Positions 10,252 through 18,941 of a stretch of DNA of 51,793 nt are shown one piece after another. Position 1 is the stretch's first letter, and each line of letters starts with the position of its first letter. The notes below the pieces were generated by a model, which saw only the letters and a program-made list of their open reading frames with translations, ran no database searches and was not told the DNA's origin. The stretch is from Limisphaerales bacterium (lineage in GTDB: Bacteria; Verrucomicrobiota; Verrucomicrobiia; Limisphaerales; SIBE01), in assembly GCA_044225505.1 (NCBI GenBank), contig JBGAIN010000002.1, forward strand, positions 124,001-175,793, given 5' to 3'. The position numbers and the translations under genes were made by a program.

Positions 10252-10428
10252 ATCGCCGAGACAAGCGCAGCGACAAAGAAGTGTCCGCCACGCCCCAGAG
10301 AAATTAACGAGACCAGCGCCTGAGCTGGTCAGTCGCTTATCGCCCGCCTGGCCAGGGATTTATCTCCACCGCAATCTCGGTCGAACGTTCTCAGCATTGC
10401 CCTCCACGGAAATGTGGGTGAGCGAGGA

Positions 10429-10445
10429 TTGGCATAACAGCTGCC
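10429..10445 (+). promoter_or_regulatory. Candidate sigma-54 (-24/-12) promoter
   Basis: TTGGCATAACAGCTGCC has exact GG-N10-GC spacing, lies 22 nt upstream of the receiver gene and sits next to a sigma-54 activator operon. Confidence 0.5.
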
Positions 10446-10466
10446 ACGCGTCCTCGAGTACCCACC

Positions 10467-10883
10467 GTGCAGAAGAGAATTCTAATCGCGGACGACGACG
10501 GTCTCGTGCGTGGCAGTTTGGCCGCGGTCCTGGAGTCGGAAGGCTTTGCCATTGACGAAGCGTCGGATGGCATGCAAGCGGTCTCGCTGGCGGTCGAGAA
10601 GCTCCCGGATCTCATTTTGCTCGACCTGAACATGCCAAGAATGGATGGATGGGCTGCCTTCCGCACTCTCGATCGTGTGGGTCTGCCAATCCCGGTCATC
10701 GTGATCACAGCGCGACCGCACCAATATCAGGAAGCAGTCCGGCTGGGTGTGGACGCTTTCATGGAGAAGCCGTTACATATTCCGCGGCTCGTGCAAGCCG
10801 TCCAGCAGCTCACGAGCGCGAATGGAACGGGTAATGGACGGCACAACGCGGGGTTTGTCACGCATTTGCTGGTTGGCACCTGA
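10467..10883 (+). CDS. Single-domain response regulator (receiver)
   Basis: ILIADDD, LLDLNMPRMDG, VITA and EKP. Confidence 0.92.
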   Translation: MQKRILIADDDGLVRGSLAAVLESEGFAIDEASDGMQAVSLAVEKLPDLILLDLNMPRMDGWAAFRTLDRVGLPIPVIVITARPHQYQEAVRLGVDAFMEKPLHIPRLVQAVQQLTSANGTGNGRHNAGFVTHLLVGT

Positions 10884-11091
10884 GTGGAAGCGGCGGCGGC
10901 CAAAGTTGGACGAAAGAACCGAGGTGATCAATCACTTACCTCTGAGAGATAAAGCCTTTTCCTTTCCGAACTGGAATTCGTCGTGACCCGCGCGCAACTC
11001 CTTGGGAATTCGCTTTTCTTGGAGCCGGTACGGGACCTGCCTGTCGATTCATGGAACCGCCTAGCGATGCGGTCCAGGATGGAAGTTCTGC

Positions 11092-11538
11092 TTGGCACAA
11101 GCATCTCATAGCGTTGAAGCAACGGATCAGCCTTTCGAAGACGCCGTCGTTGGGCAGGCCGTCCGCCAGGATTACCAGATCACTGACGGGGTCTACCGGC
11201 ATTTTCTGGATGCGTTTGACGATCGCAATCCCCTGCATGTGGAGGATGCGTTTGCCAGACACCGCGGCTTCGAGAGCAAGGTCATGCACGGGACAATCTT
11301 GAACGGATTCGTTTCGCATTTCATTGGCATGTGTTTTCCCGGGCGTCGGAGTCTTTTGCATTCGGTGGCGATGGAATACAAATCCCCCTGTTACCTCGGT
11401 GACATGCTCACGCTCGAAGCGAACGTCACGCAGAAGGTGGAAGCGTTGCGCATCATTCTCCTGACAATCGTCATTCGGAATGTCACACAAAGCCGCACCG
11501 CGGCCAAAGCCAAAGTGCAAGTGGGTTTCACGGGATGA
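11092..11538 (+). CDS. MaoC/PhaJ-like (R)-specific hot-dog dehydratase
   Basis: Hydratase-2 motif DRNPLH...VMHG, plus FPG and PCYLGD. Confidence 0.88.
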   Translation: MAQASHSVEATDQPFEDAVVGQAVRQDYQITDGVYRHFLDAFDDRNPLHVEDAFARHRGFESKVMHGTILNGFVSHFIGMCFPGRRSLLHSVAMEYKSPCYLGDMLTLEANVTQKVEALRIILLTIVIRNVTQSRTAAKAKVQVGFTG

Positions 11539-12254
11539 AAGGCGTGCTTGTCACCGGCGGAAGCGGCGGAATCGGAGCTGCCCTGGTGCGCCAGCTACGG
11601 ACGGCCGGGCAGCCAGTCGTCTTCACCTTCCGAAGTCACGCGGACAAAGCCAAGCAATTGGGGGAGGAGACCGGCGCTGTCGCGGTCCCCTACAACGCGG
11701 ATGACGGAGCGAGTCGAAAGGCGCTGGGCGATGCGATAAGGCAAGGAGAACTTAACGGGCTCGTTAATCTGGCGGCCAATCCGCTGCGACGACAATCGTT
11801 CTTCAAGCTCGACCCGGAAGCCCTGTGTGAGGCCATGCAACTCGACTTGATTGGCCCTGTTCAGCTGGCGCAAGCATTCGCCGCACGCTGCCGTGAGTTA
11901 AAGAAACCCGGCGCCATCGTGAACGTGTTGACGAGCGTCACGCTGGGGCTTCCGCCAGAAAAAATGTTGGGGTACGTGATGTCAAAACACGCGTTGCTCG
12001 GGGCCACGCGCGCCCTGGCGGTTGAACTCGGACCTTATGGAATCCGAGTGAACGCGGTCTCCCCTTCGATGACGCGGACGAACTACCTGGCGGATCTTCC
12101 GGAACGTTTTATTCAGATGACGGAAGAGGACTTGCCCATGCAACGTCTCGCCCTCCCCGAGGAAGTGGCCGCCAGTATTGCGTTCCTTCTGTCTGCTCAA
12201 GCCGGATACATTCAAGGGGTTAATTTGCCTGTGGCAGGAGGTGTTGCTTGTTAA
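11535..12254 (+). CDS. SDR family oxidoreductase (FabG/ketoreductase-like)
   Basis: TGGSGGIG, YVMSK (YxxxK) and IRVNAVSP; ATGA overlap with the upstream gene. Confidence 0.92.
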   Translation: MKGVLVTGGSGGIGAALVRQLRTAGQPVVFTFRSHADKAKQLGEETGAVAVPYNADDGASRKALGDAIRQGELNGLVNLAANPLRRQSFFKLDPEALCEAMQLDLIGPVQLAQAFAARCRELKKPGAIVNVLTSVTLGLPPEKMLGYVMSKHALLGATRALAVELGPYGIRVNAVSPSMTRTNYLADLPERFIQMTEEDLPMQRLALPEEVAASIAFLLSAQAGYIQGVNLPVAGGVAC

Positions 12255-14041
12255 AGAATACACGCGAATCCCTGGACTACTTCCGGCTCTTGAAACGAGC
12301 CAAACGGTTGGAACCAGGTCGAGGCGAATCGCTGAAACTCGCGGTGCTGGGCGATGTCTCGACGCAGCATTTGCTACCTCTCCTCCGAGTTCTTTTCGCG
12401 GATAACGGATATGCCGTCGAGATCTACGAAGCCGGTTACGACACCGTACAACTGGAGGCGTACGACCCGGCGTCCGGACTTTATGCTTTTGGCGCCCAAG
12501 CCATCGTTATTCTGCAGTCCACATGGAAGCTGAAGGAGATCTTTTACAGCGGCAGCGTGGACCGACCAGCTTTCAGCCGGACGAAAGCGGAAGAGATCGA
12601 GAACACGTGGAAAGCCATCCAGTCGCGCGTCCAAGTCCCAATCTTGCAGAGCAACTTTGTGACGCCGTACGAGCGGCCATTCGGCAATTTCGACCACAAG
12701 GTGCCCTCCACCTTGAGTCAGACGGTGTTGGAACTTAACCGCGAGATAAGTCAACGCGCTCGCCGGTACCCGAGTGTTTTCATCCATGATCTCGATCACT
12801 TGGCAGGATGGGTCGGACGTCGCTCGTTCCTGGACGAGAAACTCTGGGCGATGGCCAAGGCGCTGTGCGCGCTCGAATTTCTGCCTGATGTAGCGCAAAA
12901 CATCGTCGACATTGTCCTGGCCAGCCGCGGTCGGGCCGTGAAATGCGTGGTTCTTGATTTGGACAACACCCTGTGGGGTGGTGTGATTGGGGATGATGGG
13001 CTGGAAGGGATTGGCTTGGGCGACCTGGATGATGGCGGGTTCTTTCGTTCGTTCCAGCTCTACCTCAGAGAACTCGGGCGCCGAGGCATTATCTTGGCCG
13101 TTTGCAGCAAGAACGATGAGGCGGTCGCGCGCCGAGTTTTCCGAGAGCACCCTGGCATGGTCCTCAAAGAGGAGGACATCGCAGTGTTCGTGGCGAACTG
13201 GGAAGACAAGGCGTCCAACCTCCAAGGCATTCGACAGAAGCTCAACATCGGTTTCGACACCATGGTGTTTGTCGACGATAATTCGTTTGAGAGAAACCTG
13301 GTTCGACAGCTCATTCCTGAGATCATCGTGCCGGAAATGCCGGAAGACCCGGCGCTTTACGTCCGCACTCTCGCTTCGCTCAATCTCTTTGAGACCGCGT
13401 CCCACTCCACCCTGGACGAGCAACGGACAGCGCTTTACCAGGAACAGCAAAAGCGCGAGGTGGAAGCGAAGAAATATGGGAGCCTGCACGATTACCTCTC
13501 CTCCCTCCAAACGACGGCACTGCTCAGCCGGTTTCAGCCAGAGCTGCTTGGGCGCATCGCCCAACTCATCCAGCGAAGCAATCAATTCAATTTGACGACA
13601 CGCCGCTACTCGGAGGCCGAATGCGAAGCCCTCATGCGTGATTCCGAGAATTGTGTCCCCTTCGCCCTTTCGGTCCGGGACCGCTTTGGTGATTTCGGGT
13701 GGGTCAGTGTCGTGGTTCTGCGCAAGCAATCGCGCGTGTTGATCATCGATACCTTCCTGATGAGCTGCCGCGTTCTGCAACGTGGCGTCGAACAGCACGC
13801 CATGAACAAGATCGTCGCTTACGCCCGCGCCGCCGGGTTCGAGCGCATTGTCGGCCACTATCTCCCCACCGCCAAGAATGGGATGGTTCGGGAGTTTTAT
13901 GCGCAATTCGGTTTCGTGAGCGGATCGACTTCTGACGGCGGCGGCCAGGAATGGACGCTCGACCCTCACACTTACGTGCCCAAGAAACCCTTGATCGAAG
14001 AGCAATCTGGAAGTGCCCCCCTCACAGACTCCGAAGTATGA
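12248..14041 (+). CDS. fkbH: FkbH-like HAD-IIIC glyceryl transferase/phosphatase
   Basis: LDLDNTLWGG, CSKN, FVDDNSFE, RSNQFN, DRFGD and MSCRV (acyl-accepting Cys). Confidence 0.93.
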   Translation: MLKNTRESLDYFRLLKRAKRLEPGRGESLKLAVLGDVSTQHLLPLLRVLFADNGYAVEIYEAGYDTVQLEAYDPASGLYAFGAQAIVILQSTWKLKEIFYSGSVDRPAFSRTKAEEIENTWKAIQSRVQVPILQSNFVTPYERPFGNFDHKVPSTLSQTVLELNREISQRARRYPSVFIHDLDHLAGWVGRRSFLDEKLWAMAKALCALEFLPDVAQNIVDIVLASRGRAVKCVVLDLDNTLWGGVIGDDGLEGIGLGDLDDGGFFRSFQLYLRELGRRGIILAVCSKNDEAVARRVFREHPGMVLKEEDIAVFVANWEDKASNLQGIRQKLNIGFDTMVFVDDNSFERNLVRQLIPEIIVPEMPEDPALYVRTLASLNLFETASHSTLDEQRTALYQEQQKREVEAKKYGSLHDYLSSLQTTALLSRFQPELLGRIAQLIQRSNQFNLTTRRYSEAECEALMRDSENCVPFALSVRDRFGDFGWVSVVVLRKQSRVLIIDTFLMSCRVLQRGVEQHAMNKIVAYARAAGFERIVGHYLPTAKNGMVREFYAQFGFVSGSTSDGGGQEWTLDPHTYVPKKPLIEEQSGSAPLTDSEV

Positions 14042-14280
14042 CCCGAACTGAAATTCATCGACAGCTCACGGATATCTTCCGGGACGTGTTTGACAATCCC
14101 AGCTTGGAAATCACCGATGGGACCACGGCCAAAGATATCGAAGAATGGGATTCACTCAGTCATGTGAACCTGATCGTCGCGGCCGAGAAGGCCTTTAAAA
14201 TGTCGTTTACGACCAAAGAGGTCAAAGCCTTGAGCAACGTGGGCGACTTTATCAGCCTGGTGGAGAGTCGCCGCAAATAA
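14038..14280 (+). CDS. Acyl carrier protein
   Basis: 80 aa from ATG 14038 (ATGA overlap); IFRDVFD and the WDSLSH phosphopantetheine Ser motif. Confidence 0.93.
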   Translation: MTRTEIHRQLTDIFRDVFDNPSLEITDGTTAKDIEEWDSLSHVNLIVAAEKAFKMSFTTKEVKALSNVGDFISLVESRRK

Positions 14281-15732
14281 ATGTCGTTCTTCTCGCCTAA
14301 TTTCGGACCGTTCCTGATCCTTAGCCTGATCGTTTTCTACCTTGCGCCGTTAAGGTTTCGACCGTTGGTTCTGTTGGGCGCCTCCTTGGCCTTCTACGCC
14401 TGCAGCAGTCTGCCTCACTTGGGGATACTTCTTGGCATCTCCTTCCTGGTTTACCTGGCAGCCCTGCACATCGAGGGCATTCCTGCAGAGCAGCAAAAGT
14501 TCCGTTCGACAACGCTGACCCTTGCCATCCTTCTGCTGGTCCTGACGTTCTTCAAGAGCGCACCAAAGTTTATTGAGCAGGTCCCCGAAGCCTGGAACGG
14601 CGGCGCCGTCGACCTCACCGCGCTCCTTCTCGCGCCTTTAGGATTGTCCTACTACCTTTTCAAGCTGCTCGGATATCTGTTGGATGTTTACTGGGAAAAG
14701 CTGCCGGCACAACGTAACTTCGCTTCCCTGCTCCTCTACGCTTCGTTTTTCCCGCAAATCGTGAGTGGCCCTATTCAGCGGGCGGGATCATTTCTGTCGC
14801 AACAAGGGACGCTGCCGGGCGCAAGCGCGGCTGATTTCGTGGTTGGACTGCGACGAATCCTGTTTGGCGTCTTTAAGAAGGTCGTGATTGCGGACGAACT
14901 GGGGATCGTGGTCGATAGGGTTTTCGCCACGCCCGCATCCTACTCGTCCTTGGAACTGCTCGCGGCCAGTTATTGTTTCGCGTTTCAGCTCTACGCGGAT
15001 TTCTCGGGATTGACCGATATCGCACTGGGCATCGGAAAGCTGTTTGGGATCCATGGGCCGGAGAACTTTGATTTGCCTTACCTGGCACGCAACATACCGG
15101 AATTCTGGCGACGCTGGCACATGTCGTTAACCTCTTGGTTGCAGGATTACCTCTTCCTGCCGCTGCGGATGTCGCTCCGCCATTTCGGCAACGTCGGTTT
15201 AGGAACGGCGATTTTCGTCAACATGTTGGCAGTGGGGCTCTGGCACAGCCCGACTTGGACCTTCGCAGCGTTCGGAAGCCTGAATGGCGTCTACCTGGTT
15301 GTCTCGGCGTTCACGCTGAAACGCCGCAACGCCTTCTTTCAAAAGCATCCGCGGCTTCGCGCGGCACGGACCGTGGCGGGGCCGGTTTTGACGTTTCACC
15401 TGATGGTGTTCGCGTTCATCTTCGCTCGGGCGAGCAGTCTGACGGCCGCCGTAACCTACGTCCACCAACTCTTCTTCGGGTTTCTGGGACCGATTCCCGT
15501 CCTGCGGATGCACTGGGCCATTCCTGGGTTGACGCGCAACTCCCTTCTCCTTGCGGTCGCCAGCCTGGTCGCGTTGGAGACGATCGATGCGTTGGTCCGC
15601 ACCCAACGTCTTACGCTTTGGCCCATCGCGAGCCTTCCTCGGACGCTTCGCTGGGCGCTTTATTACGGCATCCTCGCGCTCATCTTGTTCGAGTCCCACG
15701 CGACCAAGGGGTTTATTTATGCGAATTTCTAG
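14281..15732 (+). CDS. MBOAT O-acyltransferase (AlgI/DltB family) with C-terminal acyl-shuttle motif
   Basis: PLGLSYY, FFPQIVSGPI, QLYADFSG, FWRRWHMSL, GLWH catalytic His; ends in FIYANF. Confidence 0.95.
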   Translation: MSFFSPNFGPFLILSLIVFYLAPLRFRPLVLLGASLAFYACSSLPHLGILLGISFLVYLAALHIEGIPAEQQKFRSTTLTLAILLLVLTFFKSAPKFIEQVPEAWNGGAVDLTALLLAPLGLSYYLFKLLGYLLDVYWEKLPAQRNFASLLLYASFFPQIVSGPIQRAGSFLSQQGTLPGASAADFVVGLRRILFGVFKKVVIADELGIVVDRVFATPASYSSLELLAASYCFAFQLYADFSGLTDIALGIGKLFGIHGPENFDLPYLARNIPEFWRRWHMSLTSWLQDYLFLPLRMSLRHFGNVGLGTAIFVNMLAVGLWHSPTWTFAAFGSLNGVYLVVSAFTLKRRNAFFQKHPRLRAARTVAGPVLTFHLMVFAFIFARASSLTAAVTYVHQLFFGFLGPIPVLRMHWAIPGLTRNSLLLAVASLVALETIDALVRTQRLTLWPIASLPRTLRWALYYGILALILFESHATKGFIYANF

Positions 15733-16837
15733 CCTGGACGACCCGCGACGTTCCACGGCTCGGTTTCTGGGACAGCTGATCCTATTCTGCCTGCCAGTCG
15801 CGTGCGCCTGGCTGCTGCTGGAATGGTTCGCCGCTGGAATTCCGAACTCGTATTCCATTAAGCGGGACCAGTTACGCCAACACGCGAGCGAGGTCGACAC
15901 GTTAATCCTCGGCCCATCCAACGGTTACTTCGGGATCGATCCGAAGGAACTCCCAGGCTCGGCGTATAATCTCGCCAACGTCGCGCAAAGCCTTTACTAC
16001 GATGATCAACTCTTACTGAAAGTTCTTCCTTCGCTGCCCAAGCTCCGACGCGTCATTGTCACGCTCCACTACGTCTCCCTGTTCACCGATTTTCACGAAG
16101 TGGAGCGCGAGTATTGGTATCAGCAAGAATGGCGAATCCCCCCGCCCCATCCCCACGAGCGACTGGACGTCCGCATGTTCAGCCCCGTCGCGTTGCGGTC
16201 GCTCGAGTCGGTTGTCGCCGAATTATTCGCCGGCTATAAACGTTTCAAGCACGGTCAACCCTTCAATCGACGAGACGATCCCCAAATCGACGAACGCGGG
16301 TTCTATCTTCCGGAAGGCTGGGGTCCAAACTATCCTCGCCCGGATTTAAGCGAAAACGAAGGGCAGCGCAACGCCCAGATCCATCATCGCTTGATGCGAC
16401 TCCGAACGGAACAGCCCAATCTGAGTTCCCTCGAGCATCTTTTGGGAACCCTTCAAGCCCATAGGATCGAAGCGATTTTGGTCCTCCCGCCGGTTTGGCG
16501 CACCTATGCGGACGCGATGAAACCAGTCTATCGGGACCGGCTCTTTGCTGAGTTGGATCGACTCAAGCAAGCGTATCATGCGGAGGTATTTTCATTCCTG
16601 ACCGCGCCGGAGTTTGGTCCGGAAGATTTTATCGATGTCCAGCACTTGAATCCCAGCGGGGCCGCGCACTTCACCAAGGTGCTGAGCCGAGCGTTGGCCG
16701 ATTCGAAGCGGCAAAGTCCGCCAGGATCGTTCTCGAGCTTGTCGCCCAATCCTTCGGCGCTTCCTGATTCCGTCAAACCCCGGGAATACACTGCGGCTCA
16801 GTCGCTTGGGTCGGCCCCCGCAGCGAAAGGCCGTTGA
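15719..16837 (+). CDS. DltD/AlgJ-like membrane-anchored SGNH-fold acyltransferase
   Basis: ATG 15719 overlaps the MBOAT end; one N-terminal TM helix, LILGPSNG (G-x-S), AYNLA and FIDVQHLN (DxxH). Confidence 0.75.
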   Translation: MRISSLDDPRRSTARFLGQLILFCLPVACAWLLLEWFAAGIPNSYSIKRDQLRQHASEVDTLILGPSNGYFGIDPKELPGSAYNLANVAQSLYYDDQLLLKVLPSLPKLRRVIVTLHYVSLFTDFHEVEREYWYQQEWRIPPPHPHERLDVRMFSPVALRSLESVVAELFAGYKRFKHGQPFNRRDDPQIDERGFYLPEGWGPNYPRPDLSENEGQRNAQIHHRLMRLRTEQPNLSSLEHLLGTLQAHRIEAILVLPPVWRTYADAMKPVYRDRLFAELDRLKQAYHAEVFSFLTAPEFGPEDFIDVQHLNPSGAAHFTKVLSRALADSKRQSPPGSFSSLSPNPSALPDSVKPREYTAAQSLGSAPAAKGR

Positions 16838-16906
16838 GCGCAAGCGACCCCCATAGAGTCCACCAAAATGATCGTCCGACGCCGTGATAGGGAACCCTTT
16901 CGAACC

Positions 16907-16926
16907 TTGGTGACGATTGTCACCAA
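16907..16926. promoter_or_regulatory. 20-bp palindrome, candidate operator (copy 1)
   Basis: TTGGTGAC-GATT-GTCACCAA; 19/20 identical to 49666-49685. Confidence 0.55.
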
Positions 16927-17088
16927 CCACAGCACCCTCCACAAGAATGACTTAGGCGAATGGAGGGTTCGGTGATCGCTCGGCGCGCTCAAGCCAAAGC
17001 TCGACCGAGACCCTGACAAAACGGTCAAGCCGCTTGCCAAGATGAAGACGTCGGCTAGTCTGTGGAAACCAGAACCCAGGAAATGACC

Positions 17089-17895
17089 ATGATGAGCACT
17101 CAACCCCTTGCCTTTGGCATCCTTTTGTTAGGAACAGTTCTCTCCACGACAGCCCAGGATTGGGCTCGAGCTAAACTCGATGCCTCGCCGCGACACCATG
17201 AGTGGGTCAAGGTGAAGCAAGGGAACCGCGAGGTGGAAAGCTTCGTGGCCTACCCGGAAATCAAAGAGAAAGCGACGGCCGTCGTGGTGATTCACGAGAA
17301 CAAGGGGTTGACCGATTGGGTGCGGACGGTGGCGGATCAACTCGCTGCCGCAGGCTACATTGCGATCGCACCGGACTTTTTATCGGGTGCTGGCCCCAAA
17401 GGAGGGAAGACAAGCGATTTTCCGAATCAAGACGCAGCCACGAAAGCCATCTATGCGCTGCCTGCAGATCAAGTGACGGCCGACCTTCGAGCGGTCACGG
17501 AGTACGTCCGCCAGTTGCCGGCAGCCAACGGCAAAGTGGCGGTCGCGGGGTTTTGCTGGGGTGGAAGCCAGAGCTTTCGCTTTGCCACCAATGCGAAGGA
17601 GCTTCAGGCAGCCTTTGTCTTTTACGGAACTGGGCCAGAGGAGCCTGCGGCCATGGAGCGGATTGCCTGTCCGGTTTACGGGTTTTACGGTGGCAACGAC
17701 GCGCGGGTGAACGCCTCGATACCGAAATCTAAGGAGTTGATGCAAAAGGCAGGCAAATCCTATGAGCCGGAGACCTACGACGGAGCTGGCCATGGGTTTA
17801 TGCGCGCGGGTGAAGAACCGAACGCGCAGGCGGCCAATCAACAGGCCCGAACGCGAGCTTGGCAACGGTGGCTGGACGCGCTGAAAAAGATTTAG
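17089..17895 (+). CDS. Dienelactone hydrolase family protein (secreted)
   Basis: Signal peptide; IHENKGL, GFCWGG nucleophile, GGND and GHGF. Confidence 0.92.
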   Translation: MMSTQPLAFGILLLGTVLSTTAQDWARAKLDASPRHHEWVKVKQGNREVESFVAYPEIKEKATAVVVIHENKGLTDWVRTVADQLAAAGYIAIAPDFLSGAGPKGGKTSDFPNQDAATKAIYALPADQVTADLRAVTEYVRQLPAANGKVAVAGFCWGGSQSFRFATNAKELQAAFVFYGTGPEEPAAMERIACPVYGFYGGNDARVNASIPKSKELMQKAGKSYEPETYDGAGHGFMRAGEEPNAQAANQQARTRAWQRWLDALKKI

Positions 17896-18857
17896 GCCAA
17901 GCCCGACGCCGTCCTGGCGCGGTCCAAAACTTTGCCAGCAACTGCCTTGGCACGGGCCGCGCCGTCCCGCAGAACCTCGTGAACGTAATCCAGGTTCGCC
18001 GCCAACTCCGCCCGCCGCGTGCGCATGGGAGCAAAAAAGGTCCAATACTGTTCAAAGAGCGCCTTCTTCAGATCACCGTAGCCAAATCCGCCTGCGCGAA
18101 GTTTCTCTTCCGTGTCCACAGCCACCGCTGGCGGAGCCACCAACTTTAGCAGTTGGATGGCGAAGTTTTTCTCTGCATCAGGCTTGGGTTCGGCGGGCGA
18201 CCGGCTGTCCATCACGATGCTCATGATCTTCTTCCGGATGGTCTTCTCATCTCCGAAAATATCGACGGTGTTGCCGTAGCTCTTGCTCATTTTCCGACCG
18301 TCGGTGCCAGGCACGACGGCGACTTCATCTCGGATTTGAGGTTCGGGGATAACAAAAATCTCGCCGTACTGTTCGTTAAATTTGATGGCAATATCCCGAG
18401 TGACCTCCACGTGCTGCTTTTGATCACGTCCCACCGGCACGAGATTGGAGTCGTAAATCAGGATATCGGCCGCCATCAGCACGGGGTAGGCGAACAGACC
18501 ATGACTGGGAGAGATGCCGTTGGCGATTTTGTCTTTGTAGCTATGGCATCGTTCTAACAATCCCATCGGGGTTACCGTGCTGAGCAGCCAGGTAAGCTCC
18601 GTCACTTCTGGAACATCAGATTGGCGAAAGAACACCGTCCGTTTAGGATCCAGGCCACAGGCGAGGAAATCGAGCGCGACATCGAGAGTGTTCTGACGGC
18701 GTTGGGCCGGATCGAACAACGACGTCATGGAGTGATAATTTGCAATAAAGTAGTAAGCGTCGCCTCGTTCCTGGAGCTCGATGGCCGGCTTCATCATTCC
18801 GAAATAGTTTCCGAGATGGAGCGTTCCAGACGGCTGGATCCCTGACAAAATTCGCAT
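17892..18857 (-). CDS. trpS: Tryptophan--tRNA ligase
   Basis: SGIQPSG, HLGN (HIGH), YPVLMAADIL, VPVGRDQKQH and KMSKS. Confidence 0.98.
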   Translation of the reverse strand: MRILSGIQPSGTLHLGNYFGMMKPAIELQERGDAYYFIANYHSMTSLFDPAQRRQNTLDVALDFLACGLDPKRTVFFRQSDVPEVTELTWLLSTVTPMGLLERCHSYKDKIANGISPSHGLFAYPVLMAADILIYDSNLVPVGRDQKQHVEVTRDIAIKFNEQYGEIFVIPEPQIRDEVAVVPGTDGRKMSKSYGNTVDIFGDEKTIRKKIMSIVMDSRSPAEPKPDAEKNFAIQLLKLVAPPAVAVDTEEKLRAGGFGYGDLKKALFEQYWTFFAPMRTRRAELAANLDYVHEVLRDGAARAKAVAGKVLDRARTASGLA

Positions 18858-18941
18858 GCACGGACGGTAACAGCTGAGCAAGACCCCTTCAAACGTTTTG
18901 CCGCTCTCGACAGCTGGAGCAAGTTGCTGCCGATGGGAGGG

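Noticed and set aside
12374..14005. 543-aa antisense ORF, and similar shadow ORFs such as 1120-2220 and 35788-36687
   Set aside because: They lie opposite well-supported genes, show no recognisable motifs and are expected from high-GC codon bias.
11092..16837. Polyketide or tetronate biosynthetic cluster
   Set aside because: There is no ketosynthase, FabH-like or NRPS gene; the MBOAT and SGNH partners point to envelope acylation.
17892..18857. trpS as a dedicated supplier for the DUF2156 enzyme
   Set aside because: It looks like an ordinary housekeeping TrpRS, on the opposite strand and separated by unrelated genes.
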